Assembly (NCBI GenBank): GCA_011109175.1
Contig: RDEW01000036.1
Span: 251,583-315,582, forward strand
Direction: 5' to 3'
Length of the DNA stretch: 64,000 bases
Source of the DNA: Dicyema japonicum
Lineage: Eukaryota; Animalia; Dicyemida
Position 1 is the stretch's first letter. The number at the start of each line of letters is the position of its first letter. Under the pieces are notes generated by a model that saw only the letters and a list, made by a program, of their open reading frames with translations, was not told the DNA's origin and ran no database searches. The translations under genes and the position numbers were made by a program. Positions 11,991 through 25,600 of this stretch are shown here, piece after piece.

Positions 11991-14900
11991 ATGAACAATC
12001 TAATTCGTTTGTGCAAGGTAAATAAGTCATCTAAACATTTCTTCCTCACTCAGCGAAACAGTAATGAGGGAATTTACATCACTCCTAACAGAATTCTCAA
12101 ACTGAGTTCCATTTTTGCCTTAGCTTAGACTCCTCTCAAATTGAAAAACTCGTACCAAACTCAACCAGAATCCTTGAATCAGTGGGCTTTCTTGGAATTC
12201 ATCGTTCACAGAGTGACTTGACCACTTATTTTTAGATTATCGATATCTCTGCTTCGTTCGGGATTCCTCTCTAGTGTTGTCTCTTAACGATGTCCCCGTC
12301 TTCTCCCTTGGTGGAGTCACTTTTATCAAAATTGGAGAAGACTCTCAGAATGAAGCATCAGAAATCTCCGAAATGACCAAATTTTTCACGTGTGGGTCGT
12401 TCTACTACTCCTCGAGTGCTCTCAGAGACAAATTCGACATCACTTTAAATCAAGTCGCTTTCAACGAGAAGGCAAAGACAAACGTAGACTTTTTGTGGTT
12501 TCACATGTTTTATTACTGAGGGAATGGGGAATTGTTGGGTCCCTCGAAATGGCTGGATTGACTACACTAAATGGACTGTGGACCTCATAGCAGGCTTCTT
12601 TGGTTCAAAGACTATCTATTTTGGCTCAAAGACAGCCCGGGCTTGCGTCATTTCTAGGATGAGTCGTGAGAGGGCAGGTACACGGTTCTCAGTTCGCGGA
12701 ATAAACGACGAGGGAGCCGTGGCAAACCCACGTGGAGACAGAACAGGTATAAAAACGGTTAATTTAGATTGTTTGGTTGTCGGATTCTCGTATTTTCTCA
12801 TTCCTTATACTCAGAGGCTCAGTACCCATTTTCTGGGAACAGTCGGGGACACAGGTGGGAGCCCACAAGGTGAATCTGTCACGGAGTTTTGAAGCCACAG
12901 TCCCCGCGTTTTACAGGTTTGTCAAATTAGCGATTCAGACACGTGCAAAAGATCACGCAGTCCTATGGAAGCATTTTTGTGCTGAATCTACTTGGAAACA
13001 GTCCCGGGGAGTTTGTCTTGACCTATAACCTACAAGTATTAGTGAACCTTATTTTAGGAACTCATAAAAGAGATCATCAAATTCGAAGGGACGCCTAATT
13101 TTGGGGAAAAAATATCCAAAATTGACGATTATATAAACTTTGACTACCATGCCTATTCATCTATAAAGTCGGGGTCAGAGAAAGATGCCCAGTTCGCCAA
13201 TTTCATGAAACAGATTTCCTCTTTTCTACAGAAGACCGGGTTCACGCACGGGAGGGGAGAAGTCACCAGAAGACAGACTGGGGTAATTCGTGTGAACTGC
13301 ATCGACTGTCTGGACCGCACAAATTGCATGCAGAAAGAAATTTCTCTCCAAGTCATGCTAGATAAGAATTTTAGGTTCTGAGGGAGCAGCTGGCTATGAT
13401 AGGAGTCGAGTCTCTGGTGGCCACAAAGTTTAGAGATGCTTTTGTAGGACTTTGGGTGTCTAATGGACACTCTGTGAGCAAACTCTATGCGGGGACCGAC
13501 TCACTAGAGTTTAAGAAAAACAGAGTCTTGGTCTGTGTGATTGTAGTATTCCAATGTTCTGCGGACTGCTGAGAGAGCAATTCAGAGCACTATATTTGAC
13601 TCAAAGAAGAACAACGCCATCATGTATTTATTGAAGGACTCACCTATGACCGTAAAACACCACCCCCTCCAGTCATCGCTTGGAAACATTGTGAGACCAC
13701 AACTGCTTAAAAGTAGACGTCTTACTTTATTAGCCCCTTTCCTTCATTGAATCTCTCAATCGAGAAACTGGGAATTTTTGTAGAAAAAGAAAACTTAGAG
13801 TGTTCGTAGGCACTTGGAATGTGAATGGAATGTCAAACTATCAGAGTATCTTCTGTGAGGGAGACATTGGTTTGTGGCTACTAGAAGGACCTGAAAAAAC
13901 CCGCCAAACGTTTAAATATTAAGTAATTTTAGTGGGACGGGATATCTGGCTGCAAATGAACCAGATTTGGCCAACGACATATTCGCTATTGGATTTGAGG
14001 AAATGGTGGACCTGAATGCCACCAATATTATCACTGGTGGAGGGTAATGGTCTGTTGTTCATTTAGTAACTCCAAACGGTTATACTGGAGTGAAGAGATT
14101 AAGAAAAAGATATCACAAAACGAGAAATTTTGTTTGGTTACTTCCCTTCAGTTGGTTGGTGTGTGTCTGTTTGTTTTTGTTCGACAATCACTTCTCTGGC
14201 ATGTAAAGTAGTTTTGAATATTTTTTTTGGGATGTGGTCACTGGGAGTGTCAAGACGGGTGTGGAAGGGACTGTTGGCAATAAGGGGGCTGTGGGAATCA
14301 GTATGAAAATCTTTAACACGAGCATTTGTTTTGTCTGCTCCCACTTTGCAGCTGGACAGTCGAATATGGCTGAAAGAAATTCAAATTTTAGTGAAATTTT
14401 TAACAAAATGACTTTTAATGATGTTGTGAGAGTTATAATGACTTAGTGGCTCATAAATGACCATGATTATGTCTTTTGGTGTGGAGACCTCAACTATAGG
14501 ATCGATCTCTCCAGAGAAGTCGTCCTGAGTGAGATATCTAAGGCAAACTGGTCTGCTTTGCTAGCAAAGGATCAACTTCAACAACAAAAGATGATGGGAA
14601 ATGTAGTTTTGGTGGTCTTTTTTATAGGTTTTCCGGCACTTTTTTGAAGGACCTGTAAATTTCCCGCCAACTTATAAATATGACTTGTACTCCTCAGAAT
14701 ATGACACCAGTGATAAGTGTAGAGTTCCCGCGTGGACGGACAGAGTCTTGTGGCGCAGTTTGGCTGGATGTCTCCTTTGTTTTTAATTTATAGTGTCGAA
14801 TCCATCTGAAAAAGGTCGTCTAGTTTACTATGGACGTGGTGAGTTGGTCACTTCTGACCATCGGTATTATATTTTTCTTATGCAGACCTGTTGGTGCCAT

Positions 14901-15438
14901 AATTGAGATTAATGTTAACGAGGCTGTCCCTTCACTGCTGGAGAAGACGGTTATTTCCATACTTTCTCGTTTTCCACCTTTCGATGGCTGTATTCAGGTG
15001 TCCCCCTACCTGTCTCAGTTGGAAGAGACCTATAGGACTCATTTTGGACGTATTGGGGAGATCCAGGAGATTATGTTTGTATCATAGTCATTCCAGTCCT
15101 TTGGGGGAAAAGCTAATCATCGGATACTGTGATCCTATTAGTCTAACAAGACTCTCTGAGATTGGGAATATTCCAGTTTCTGTTATTTGAGTGATTTTCA
15201 GATTAACGGGACAAAGGTGGAGATTAATTATCCCCTAATGAGAAACTGGGTGGACTTTGTTCTCAAGTTTTTCGGTATTAGGACTTTTGTTCCCACTCAA
15301 TCTCATTTGGTCCCTTCTCCATCTCAGTCACGACCATTGCTGCTTCAGAGGCCAGGACAGATCGATAAGTATCAACTTGGACTTCCTGGGAGTTTTAGGG
15401 ATTTGTATGGACTTGGAGATCCAGGATCTCCTCCGTGA
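11991..15438 (+). CDS. SYNJ1: Synaptojanin (SAC1 domain, inositol 5-phosphatase, C-terminal DUF1866/RRM-like region), many 21-24 nt introns
   Basis: [93 protein letters not shown]. Introns include 12213-12235, 12747-12767, 12917-12938, 13036-13057, 13352-13374, 14864-14885. At least two homopolymer frameshifts. SYNJ1 versus SYNJ2 cannot be resolved. Confidence 0.93.
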
Positions 15439-15908
15439 AAATTAATAGTTTTATATTTAACACAAATCAATGTTTTTACCCTCCTTATTCTTATCATAAG
15501 AGTGTCTTTAGTAATCCTACTATTATGGCACTCTCTTTGTTACATCTTTTTATATATTTGCATTACTACATTCACACTTTTTACATTTTATACTTTAAAT
15601 GGCCTATTCCATTCTTACAATGGGTTCTAGTCCTTCCCCAATGGTTCTTTTGTTCTCTTTCCTCGTTTGCTTGCGTCATATAATTTAAAGTGAATTATAC
15701 TGCAAAATTAACGCATAAAGGATCACTCTCCTCAACTACACTTGGTCATTTCATAGAGTGACCCCAAAAACTGGACTTATTCTTCCTTGAAAGGTCTTGT
15801 TTCTCTGTGACTGCATTGTTGAGAATTGGATATGCTAAATTATTTATTTACTGTTTACTTCGTTCTCACATTTTTCTCAACTGCAATCCATTTAAGAAAC
15901 GAGGCACG

Positions 15909-16440
15909 TCACCACCTCACCAAAAAATCTTTTTCCTTCCACATGTTTTTCCAAAAAGCTGAACATTCCTCAATCTCAAAATTGTACACAGAGCTGCGGC
16001 CTTCCTCTCTCATCTTATAAAAGCGCCTTCTATTAAGCTCAAAGCATAAATTGTCTTTTCGAAATTCTTTTCTCGACTTATTCATCCTAATCTTTTTTTC
16101 AACAATTTTAATCATTTCATTGATTGTACACAACACTCTTTCCAGATCTCCTTTTTTTGACTTCTTGTAAGCATAAGCAAACAAAGGTTCTCTTGTTGAG
16201 TCATCATACTTCTGACTTCCCGATGACCCCACTAGTACACTGATTTTCTCAGCGTGATTCTCTAGTTTTGTAAGTCGCCTATTCATTGATTGTAGCCAGT
16301 CGCTCTCCTTGTGAACAGTAGCAGTAAGTGTTTCATATGAGCACTGTGTAGCATAAAGAATATCTGTAATATCTTCCATTGTATTCGAAGGCATACTATT
16401 GATATAGTATCTTCCATTGTATTCGGGGGTATACTATTGA
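15909..16440 (-). mobile_element. R4/Dong-like element, N-terminal fragment
   Basis: FELNRRRFYK..EECSAFWKNMW aligns with FYRNI..ECL-TFWTTIW at the 5' edge of the 1782-4294 element. Confidence 0.7.
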
Positions 16441-16444
16441 TCGA

Positions 16445-17943
16445 GAAAATTATATTGCCTTTGGTATCACATGGACTGGTAACATGGATTGCCCTCTACC
16501 ATTTTTTGTTATTTGCGGTGAAAAACTTGTGAATAGTGCTATGGCTCCAACGAAACTTAGACGTCATTTCTCCACCAATCACTTGAACTTTCGAAGAAAA
16601 AAATAAATTGGACCAGAATAAATTCCAAGCATCCCGTTTTACAAAAATTCAAAATAAACGAAAAAGCACTGCATGCTAGTTATGCTGTTGCTGCGATTGC
16701 CGCTAAAATATGAAATCGCATACTATCGCCGAAACTGTTATTTTGCTTGCATCCAAAGAAGTAGTGAAGATAATGTTCGGAGAATTTTGCTGCCGCTGAA
16801 CTCAACTTAATTCCTATTTCTAATAATTCTGTGAGCAGACGCATCAAGGATATGTCTGATGACATTAAAACCACTGCGAATAAAAAAATCTGTGTTTTTT
16901 GCGCATCAAGAGGATGAAAGCCCAGATATTAACAGGAAGAATGCAACTCTTTGTTTTCATTCGATATATGAATGATGAATCCATTGTTGAAGACTTTCTT
17001 TGCTGCAAAGAGGTGCTCGGAACAACAAAGGGATATGAAATTTTGAATCTTATAAATTCATATTTGAAGATATAAAGTTGGATTGGAAAGCATGTTTGGG
17101 TATTTGCACTGATGGTACTTCAGCAATGACTGGGCAATTTAAAGGCTTTGTTTCTATTGCGAAAAATAAGAATCCGAACATTATTCACAAGAATTGTTTT
17201 CTTTATCGCGAGGCATTGGTCGCAAAAACTATTGGTCGCAAGAACTTAAATTTACTTTGGACATAGTTGTAAAAATAATTAATTACATCAAAATGAGGCC
17301 TTTGAAATTGCGACAGTTCTCGAAACTTTGTGAAAATGCAGAACATTTAGTTTTGATTTTGCATACTGAAGTAAGATGGCTCTCAAAGGGAAACATGTTA
17401 ATTATTTTCTATTAAGACACGAATTGTTGGCTTTTTGTATACAAGAGAAGTTAAATGACTTTATTGAATGCCTCAATTATGAATTTTGGTGTTGCAAATT
17501 AGCATACCTCGCCGATATTTATCATGAACTCAATGTTCCAATAGCAGCATGTAAGGAAGAAATAAAAATCTATTTTTATATTGATTAGTTTTTGCTGATT
17601 GTCAAAAAAATATCCTATTTGGCAAACAAAGCTTTAAGAGTTTTGGTCCAGTTTTCAACGACTTATCTCTGTGAAAGTGGATTTTCTGCATTAACAAATA
17701 TAAAGCGTAAAAACGCGCGAACCTAGTGTATGTGGACGAAAACCTGCGTTTATTTCTGTCAAGGACAAGGCAAAATATTAAGAGCTATGCAAGAGACGTC
17801 AGCCTCAACCATCTCACTAACTAGCATTTTATTTTCTTTATATTAGTAAAATACTGATAATTGTTAAAAACTATATAAGGGTTCCGTATAAAATGAAAAA
17901 TGTCTATAGGGTTCTGTGTTTTCAAAAAGGTTGGGAACCACTG
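16445..17943 (+). mobile_element. hAT (Charlie/ZBED5-like) transposon, degenerate, apparently intronless
   Basis: [46 protein letters not shown]; right TIR ggttgggaaccactg ends at 17943. Confidence 0.88.
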
Positions 17944-18324
17944 GTCCGATAGTATGAAGATTATCTACAAGCTAATAAATGTCCTGTTGTTTCCTCAGCA
18001 GGAATGCATATTTGACAAATTGTGTCTTTTGTAGAGCCAAATTTATACGAGTTGGAGAAGAGATTCCAATAACCTCCCAAGATCTACTCGAATTCTATGA
18101 GGGAGTTTCGATTCGGAATCATTTATTTCAGAGGTAATTTTTAATAAAATTTATTCATTCTGAATGCATTGATGGATCTAGTCTCTATATGTGTGACCCA
18201 TCATGAGGAGGTATCGTGGCACTGCGATATTCTTTTTTGAATTCATCTAAATAGTTGCACTTTTTATCGGGTAAAAAGGCGAGATTTATTAAATAGGTAG
18301 TTATAAGGGTTTATTTTCTTAAAA

Positions 18325-18630
18325 TGCACTTATACGCAAAGTCATATTAGCTACAGCTCCACTCAGACAGGACACACACTTTATTTAAGTAAAGAATAGT
18401 AATGATTAGTAATCGTTGAGGGAGAAGAACCAAGGAATGCTCTTCACTTCTTTTTTCTTTTTGTTGGGTGTGAGTCCTTTATAGACGATCCAATTCCACA
18501 ATGAAATGTTCACTGATAATAACGTCACTCGTCTAACAAAAGCATCGTAGACGCGTGGAACCTTCAGAAAGAATGTACAATAGCGAGATTCGATCCAGGG
18601 ATCATCAGGCCTCACTCGTTACACTGCGCC
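18325..18630 (-). mobile_element. tRNA-derived SINE, divergent subfamily
   Basis: Shares the central domain (gaaggttccacgc.tctacgatgc) and the ataaagtgtgtgtcc tail with the other three copies; B-box-like ggatcgaatc. Confidence 0.8.
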
Positions 18631-18639
18631 ATTCTGTTT

Positions 18640-19520
18640 TTCTTTAAGGGCATTGAAAATAAATTGCTTCTTAAGGAATTCGAAGTAGTCTGAGATACAT
18701 TGATATTCTCGATAAATGTGATCGTAGCAATGCTATTCTAGGTTTGATAACCGAGAGCCCATACTCGACAGGCATAATTAATAACAGTTTTGTAAGTGCA
18801 TTTACCAATACAGTGATAAATCAAAGATTGATTTTAATAGTTATCTCTTTTTCATTAAGCATTTTTACAAATTGGTATTAATCCAGTTAGAATATAGAGT
18901 TTGCCAGGTTTAATCAACATTTTGTTGAGAACTTCGATTGTCAGTAAGGTCTCTTAAATTGGCACAAAATTGTTCCTGAACTATTTGTGGCCAATTTGGG
19001 AATTTGAACATCTGAGTATTTCAGATTTTGAAATCATAACTGGCTTTATTTTAAGGGTTCCAGTCATATTTGTACATAACATAATTGATCTTTGAAATTT
19101 TTATATCCACCAAATCGTGTTTTGCATATGCTCTTAAACGGAATCAATAAAGCTATTCCATATTTTAAATGTCGTCTTCTTTATAATGTTTTGAAATTTC
19201 TTCAAAGTGATCTAAAAATCTTTATAGGTCAGGTTGTTGGTCAGTTATCATTTCCCCATGTAATTTATGAATTAGAAAACCGAGCTTAGTATCAAATTCA
19301 GGAAATTTTAATGATTTGCATGTCTTTGTTGAAGAAATATAATTTTTAGATGTTTTTGATTTGGACTCTAGGGATTTAAGGAATATTATTCACTGTTTAT
19401 CTTGAAATTCGAATAGTAAATAAATCAGAAAATTTGTGAGCGATTGTATGGCACAGTGTAGTATTATTCTTGTCTTTATATCCTTGACGAAAAGCTTTTG
19501 AACACATGATAAAATTTTTG
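18640..19520 (-). mobile_element. Highly degenerate pogo/Tigger transposase
   Basis: KTCKSLKFPE and SICKTRFGGYKNFKD match the 57842-59702 element. Confidence 0.6.
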
Positions 19521-19577
19521 TTTGAAATTTTGATTTTTTAATAAAATAATTTTTTTAAATAATTGAAAAAAAGAATC

Positions 19578-19724
19578 CTTGGCCCCCAAGCAGATGAGTT
19601 GGTTCGTAAGACCGGCTCCATGATTCAAGCTGTGACCAAGGATCCGCGAGAGACTGGTTGGTTCCGAGAACGTATCTCGTTGGCTATTGTTAGGGGAAAT
19701 AGCATGGCCATTCAGATGCCTTAA
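19578..19724 (+). mobile_element. CRE-like element, 3' fragment
   Basis: LGPQADELV..DPRETGWFRERISLAIVRGNS. Confidence 0.8.
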
Positions 19725-20083
19725 TTTAATTTTTATTCATTTTATAATAAAATTTCTTTTTATAAAAAAAATTGAAAAAGATTAGTAAAAATAAATTTTA
19801 TGTTTTTAATAATGTGTGTCCAATTTTAGAATTGTCAAATTAGAAAAACTTATTTGTAAAACTCTATGTCAAAACTAGCAAGCCCATAGCCTACGTGGTC
19901 ATGGTAATCTATAGATACGAAGATTAAATCATCCGCCTATGTCAGAAGTATGTTTTTATCGCAGATTTGAGGAGTCGTCACTAATGGGCTTCTTTTGAAG
20001 CCGTGTTTTTTTTTTTTTGAAGCGGCAGGCTTCCCGGCAGTACTGGAGCCTGTGAAGCCGTGTTAAAAGGAGGTTATCTGATA

Positions 20084-20404
20084 ATAATAATAATAAAGCC
20101 TTTTCACGAGAGCCATAGTGTTTATAGCTCCGCATAGGCAGGACACACACTTTATTTAAGTAAAGAACAGTTAATTTTAACTAATCGTAGAACCAAAAAA
20201 TGATCTTCACTTCTTTTTTTCTTTTTCTTGTGTGAGTGTCCTTTCTAGACAAATCCAGTTCCGCAGTGAGTATTCACTGATGACGGCGTCACTCGTCAAA
20301 CCATTTCTGCATCGTAGATGCGTGGAACCTTCCACCAGGTGAACAGCAGCGAGATTCGAACCCGTAGCCTAAGCCACTTAAACCCGACACCTAACCACTA
20401 CGCC
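20084..20404 (-). mobile_element. tRNA-derived SINE with RTE-like tail
   Basis: A-box ggcgtagtgg, B-box ggttcgaatc, (TTA)n end, 13-bp TSD aggttatctgata (20071-20083 and 20405-20417). Confidence 0.92.
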
Positions 20405-20544
20405 AGGTTATCTGATACAGGCTTAATTATTATTGTTAAACCATTTATGATATTAACTTTTTTCTTTTTTTAAGGTAAAAAAATAATATTTATTGTTAAT
20501 AAATTTTTTTTTTAAAAAAAAAAATAAAATAAATAAAAATTAAT

Positions 20545-22600
20545 TAACAATAAAATATTATTTATTAACTATGGAGAAGATCGACTGCTGACATTAAGGG
20601 AGTAAGCGTTTACGCAGACAACTGCGATCCAATTAGTTGCCTCAGCCAGACCGCTTCCCGCACGTCTTTCTGGCGGTGGGCCAATTTCCCCCCGAATTCC
20701 TTCAGGAAAGAGGCTGTAATACTTCCGGCCCACCAGACGTCTCGATTGCACCGGTACAAAACGGTAACGGTCCCAATTTCGCCATATTTTTTAATCTTGA
20801 TTTTCTCGGCCAGATCAACTGCCGATCCAGCAGACTGCGCCGAGCTGAGTATCGTCGAGTTCGAGAAAGAATCCACAACAGTGCAGTCCCATACGAGCTA
20901 TTTTCCCTCAGTGAACGGAAAGATAACCCATCCGGTCTTTTCCCATCTCCGCGGTCCAATCCCACAGGCTCCAGTACTGCCGGGAAGCCTGCCGCTTCAA
21001 GAGCATACATGACAATGTTGTTCATAGCAGCATGGCGGGGTGCTGTGCCCGCACTCCTTTTGCACGAGAGGGATGCAGCCCTTTGGCATCGACGATCCCT
21101 CCACAACGACATTGGTGTTCGACGTAAACATCAACTCCTAGGCTTTGTGCGATCCCAATCCGAATACAGTCATCGTTCAAAAGGGTCCCCAGGGAGGAAC
21201 ACGGGAGTGCATCCAGCCACGCTCCGCTCCCATGGTTAGCGGCGGACACGAGGAATACAAGACGATGCTGGTTGGCGTCAATGATATTCTTGGAGTAGAT
21301 CTCATCCCAGTCACGTTGTCTCGAAGGATCGTTCGGCATATCCAAACCAGATTCACACCGTTCGCTGACGAGCTTCGTCGAAGACTTTTCCCAAGAAAGT
21401 CCGGTTGGAAAACATAGGATATCTTGGACCAAAAGGCTTCCACTTGAGAGCGATGACACATTTGTTGGAAAGGAGATCTCCAGCGCCGATCTGAACCCGT
21501 ACCTCGATGCGTATAGGAAGCTTGCATTGATTCAACTCGGCACGTCAAAATGGATGTTTAGAAGCAATTCAGCTGATTTTCTCAATGTCCTATCCAGTGA
21601 CAGGAGAATGTCACGATGTTTGAAGCAGGGAGAACATCGGAGAGCATATAGGAGTTTGGGCAAGCCGATGCTATTCTTCAAAAAGAGAATTTCGCTGTAT
21701 GAGCATCGAGTAAAGATTTCTCCTTAACTCTAGAGAGTTCATTCTCTTTTGTTAGTAGATGGCTCCGCAGTTCCTTTTCGTAAAGTGGGCTCCCAAGAAA
21801 GTATGTCCGCTCCTGGGTACGACGGTAATTCCAGGTAGTACCGAGTTGAAAGACTCGACCATGTTGATAAAATCACTCTCTCGAGTATGTGATTATTAGC
21901 TCCGATTTCTTTAATTTATCTCAAGTCCGAGGTTTCGTAGTGCCAGCATGGTATGTGACAGAACGTCATGAACTTTTCTCTACGGCCCTACAATCGTGGC
22001 GTCATCAAGATACCAGAGGTTTAGTTGTGTGTTGATAGAGCGGACAAATTTATCGATGGCCAGAGCGAAAAGAAATGGACCAAGTGGGTCCTCTTCCTGG
22101 ACTCCAGTCTCCGAAAACCAGTGAAGAATTGTTCTGTAAGCGAGGTAGACAAGTGGAATAAGACCCGGGGCTGTTTGCTTGTAGTTTCGAAAATTTGATT
22201 CCTCCTCAGTGAATTGAAGGCATTGCAGATGTCCAGCTTGAACCCCATGTGTGGGTTTTGTTCGTCTTTCTGTCCAAAAAACACCTTGCAGCATGCACTG
22301 CCGCCTCGTATCCGTTCCTTACACCAACCCCCAGTTGGAGGGGGGATAATTCTTCAGATATTTTCGGACAGACAATACTGCATGCGATTTTCGCTGTCAG
22401 TCTTCTGAAATAGTTGCCGACAGCGATGGGGCGGCTGTCGGAGAACATGGATGTTTTCGTCTGAGTAGTTCAAGCACCTCAGGTGTCGCAGCCATGACAG
22501 CATCGTCGCTGGTAACGACGCGCAACGCCGCTCGGACGTCGCCTTCAAATAATTTACGATTTACTCTCTCTCCAAGTTTTTCCGGGCCATTCAAAGAAAA
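20545..22600 (-). mobile_element. CRE-like REL retrotransposon copy A, internally deleted
   Basis: EGDVRAAL, RPIAVGNYFRRL, LWYLDDATI, GAWLDALPCSSLG, CRCG..H, DGKRPDG, IETSG. Confidence 0.88.
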
Positions 22601-22609
22601 GCTGTGCTG

Positions 22610-25600
22610 GGAAGTCTGTAGCCTTCAGAGCTCTGACGATCACATCGTTCAGAGCAGCATGACGTGGTCCCCTTCCGGCGCTTCTTCTGCAGGACAGCGG
22701 GTGCAATCCTTTCGCATCGACTGTTTTCCCGCATCGGCATCGGTGCTCCTGGCAAACGTCTAGTCCCAGCCTTTGTCCGATTCCAATCTCAAATAATCGT
22801 CGTCCAATAGAGTCCCTAAGTTTGGGCAAGGTATTGCAACAAGCCATGCTCCACTCCTCCATTTGAAGCTGACACCAAACAAACCAGACGATGTTTATTT
22901 GCTTTTTTTAAGGTCTTCCAAAATTTTGGAGCACCCAATGTTATCCAAATTACGTTGCTTCGTTGTATCTTTGGAGATTTTAAGTCCGGACCCGTTCCAT
23001 TTCCGACAAGCTTCGTCAAATTACTCATTCCAGCAAAGCCCAATAGTGTGATCAAGAACTTACAGTGTCAAATGTCTGCAGCTTGAGAGAGACGATATAT
23101 GCCGGGTACGCAACCTCCAGCGCCGATCTTAGACCGACACCCCCAAATCCAGAGGGAAGCTTACATTGTTTCCAACCAAGTTCGTCGAAGCGGACGTTAA
23201 TTAGTGACTCAACAGTTTGCTTGAGAGATTTGTCTATTGAAAGTAGAATGTCATATTGTTCGTAGCAGGGTGAACATCGGAGTAGATATAAAAGCTTGGG
23301 TAGTCCGATGTTGTTTCTCATCAGGAAGAAAGATGTGTGAGAGTCGAGACATGACAATCTTTTCGCAAGGCGTGTTAATTCTTCATTTTTAGAAAGTAGA
23401 TGGTTCTTGAGTTCTTCTTTGCTGAGTGGGCATCCGAGGAAATATAATTTATCAACTGGCACAGTCGGGATCCCAGGAAGCAGTTCGTTAAAAGACTCCT
23501 TGATAGAGAGGAAGTCGGTGTATGGATATGAGACATTTATTAGCTCTGATTTGTTAACATTGATGTCCAAGCCCAAATGTTTTAAAGCGGGTAACGCTTT
23601 ACGTAATGAATTGTATGTTTCCTTGAACGATCCTCCAATTGTGGCATCATCGAGGTACCATAGATTTAGCTGAGCATCAATTGATCTCACAACCCCATCA
23701 ATAGTCAGGGCAAATAAGAGGTCCGAGCGGATCTCCTTATTGACACCCGTTTTTGATTAAATAATTTTATTTTCAAAAACCAAAGACGTATCTTCCCCAT
23801 AGGATATTGACAAGAGGAAAAAGCTTTGGAGCCCTCTTCCAACACGTTTTCATAATTTCATTCTCTTCCAATGCATTCATTTGAAATATTTTTCTGTGTG
23901 AAAAAGCGCCTTGCTGCATGAACCGCAGTCTCACATTCGTTCTGGATACTAACACACATTTGTTTAGGAAAGAACTCCTCTCCGAGTTGTCGGCTCACCA
24001 GAGTCGATGCTACTTTTGCTGCAAATCTTCTAAAATAGTTCCCGACCGCAATGGGGCGGATTCCTCCGTTGGGTTTTTTGAAAGCAAGTAGCCTTGCAGA
24101 GAAGAGCAATTCTCTGGCATAGGATGCCGCCGTTAACCATTTTTCTGATTATGTCCGTAATTGATTTGACAATACAGCGTCCAGCTTCCGAGGTGTAAGT
24201 GGACGTAAGGTCCTTAATATGGCCAGGACGTAACCCTTCCAAGCCTCCACCGCTGCTAGCGGCGAAGGAAGTTATTCCGTGGCGCACTTCGGATTCGGTA
24301 ATGATGATCTCCTGGGTTCCTTCAGGATTCAAAAACTTTTTATAGTCAGTCGGTGCATCTGGATGCTTTAGTATTAAGGTATTTAGGACCTCGGGGTACA
24401 AGACAATACTGTGTCATCGGATGTGATAACCGTAAGGCTGCCCGCACGTCGCCTTCAAGAAGTTTCCGGTTTACTATCTCCTTTAGTTTGTTGGGGGCAT
24501 TTTGATGAATACTCCTCTGGTTTCGACCTCATTGACAGTATGTGCATGTTCAAGTATTTCGTGTATGTTATGACAGCTAAAATTCATTATGTTTCGTTTC
24601 AGTTTCCCGGATAAGTTGAGTCGGGAGTTTGTTTCTTTATTATTGTCCTCAGATTCCTTTGTAGGTATTCCGAGTGCGACAGGTGCAAATCATATAAGTT
24701 TTAGCCAGGATTCCCAACTGTCAGAGGATAGTGCGTGATCAATGGCATCTGAAAGACACGTTGCTGCGGCAATTCGTACTCCTTTAGGGATTTTTACTAG
24801 GATCTTCATGGCTTTCCTGAGTTTCGAGATCTTCGTACTCCTTTAGGGATTTTTACTAAGATCTTCATGGCTTTCCTGAGGTTCGAGATCTTCGTACTCC
24901 TTTAGGGATTTTTACTAGATCTTCATGGCTTTCCTGAGGTTCGAGATCTTCGTACTCCTTTAGGGATTTTACTAGGATCTTCATGGCTTTCCTGAGGTTC
25001 GAGATCTTCGTACTCCTTTAGGGATTTTTACTAGGATCTTCATGGCTTTCCTGAGTTCGAGATCTTCGTACTCCTTTAGGGATTTTTACTAGGATCTTCA
25101 TGGCTTTCCTGAGTTCGAGATCTTCGTACTCCTTTAGGGATTTTTACTAGGATCTTCATGGCTTTCCTGAGTTTCGAGATCTTCGTACTCCTTTAGGGAT
25201 TTTTACTAAGATCTTCATGGCTTTCCTGAGGTTCGAGATCTTCGTACTCCTTTAGGGATTTTTACTAAGATCTTCATGGCTTTCCTGAGGTTCGAGATCT
25301 TCGTACTCCTTTAGGGATTTTTACTAGGATCTTCATGGCTTTCCTGATTTCGAGATCTTCGTACTCTTTAGGGATTTTTACTAGATCTTCATGGCTTTCC
25401 TGAGGTTCGAGATCTTCGTACTCCTTTAGGGATTTTTACTAAGATCTTCATGGCTTTCCTGAGTTCGAGATCTTCGTACTCCTTTAGGGATTTTTACTAA
25501 GATCTTCATGGCTTTCCTGAGTTTCGAGATCTTCGTACTCCTTTAGGGATTTTTACTAAGATCTTCATGGCTTTCCTGAGTTCGAGATCTTCGTACTCCT

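Noticed and set aside
12519-12735. Frameshifts in synaptojanin as programmed frameshifting, RNA editing or pseudogenisation
   Set aside because: They are single-base indels at or near short homopolymer runs in an otherwise conserved gene; uncorrected long-read error is the simplest explanation. Polishing with short reads would settle it.
15435-15683. 82-aa hydrophobic ORF after synaptojanin as a membrane protein
   Set aside because: It is T-rich low-complexity sequence overlapping the likely 3' UTR, with no supporting motif.
20270-20315. CTGATGA in the SINE as a hammerhead ribozyme core
   Set aside because: It is on the antisense strand, lacks GAAA after stem II, and is not conserved in the 28412 copy.
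20637-21239. Long antisense ORFs over TEs (e.g. 20637-21239, 50566-51042, 55573-56058, 61957-62379) as genes
   Set aside because: They are opposite-strand shadows of GC-richer retrotransposon ORFs with no recognisable motifs.
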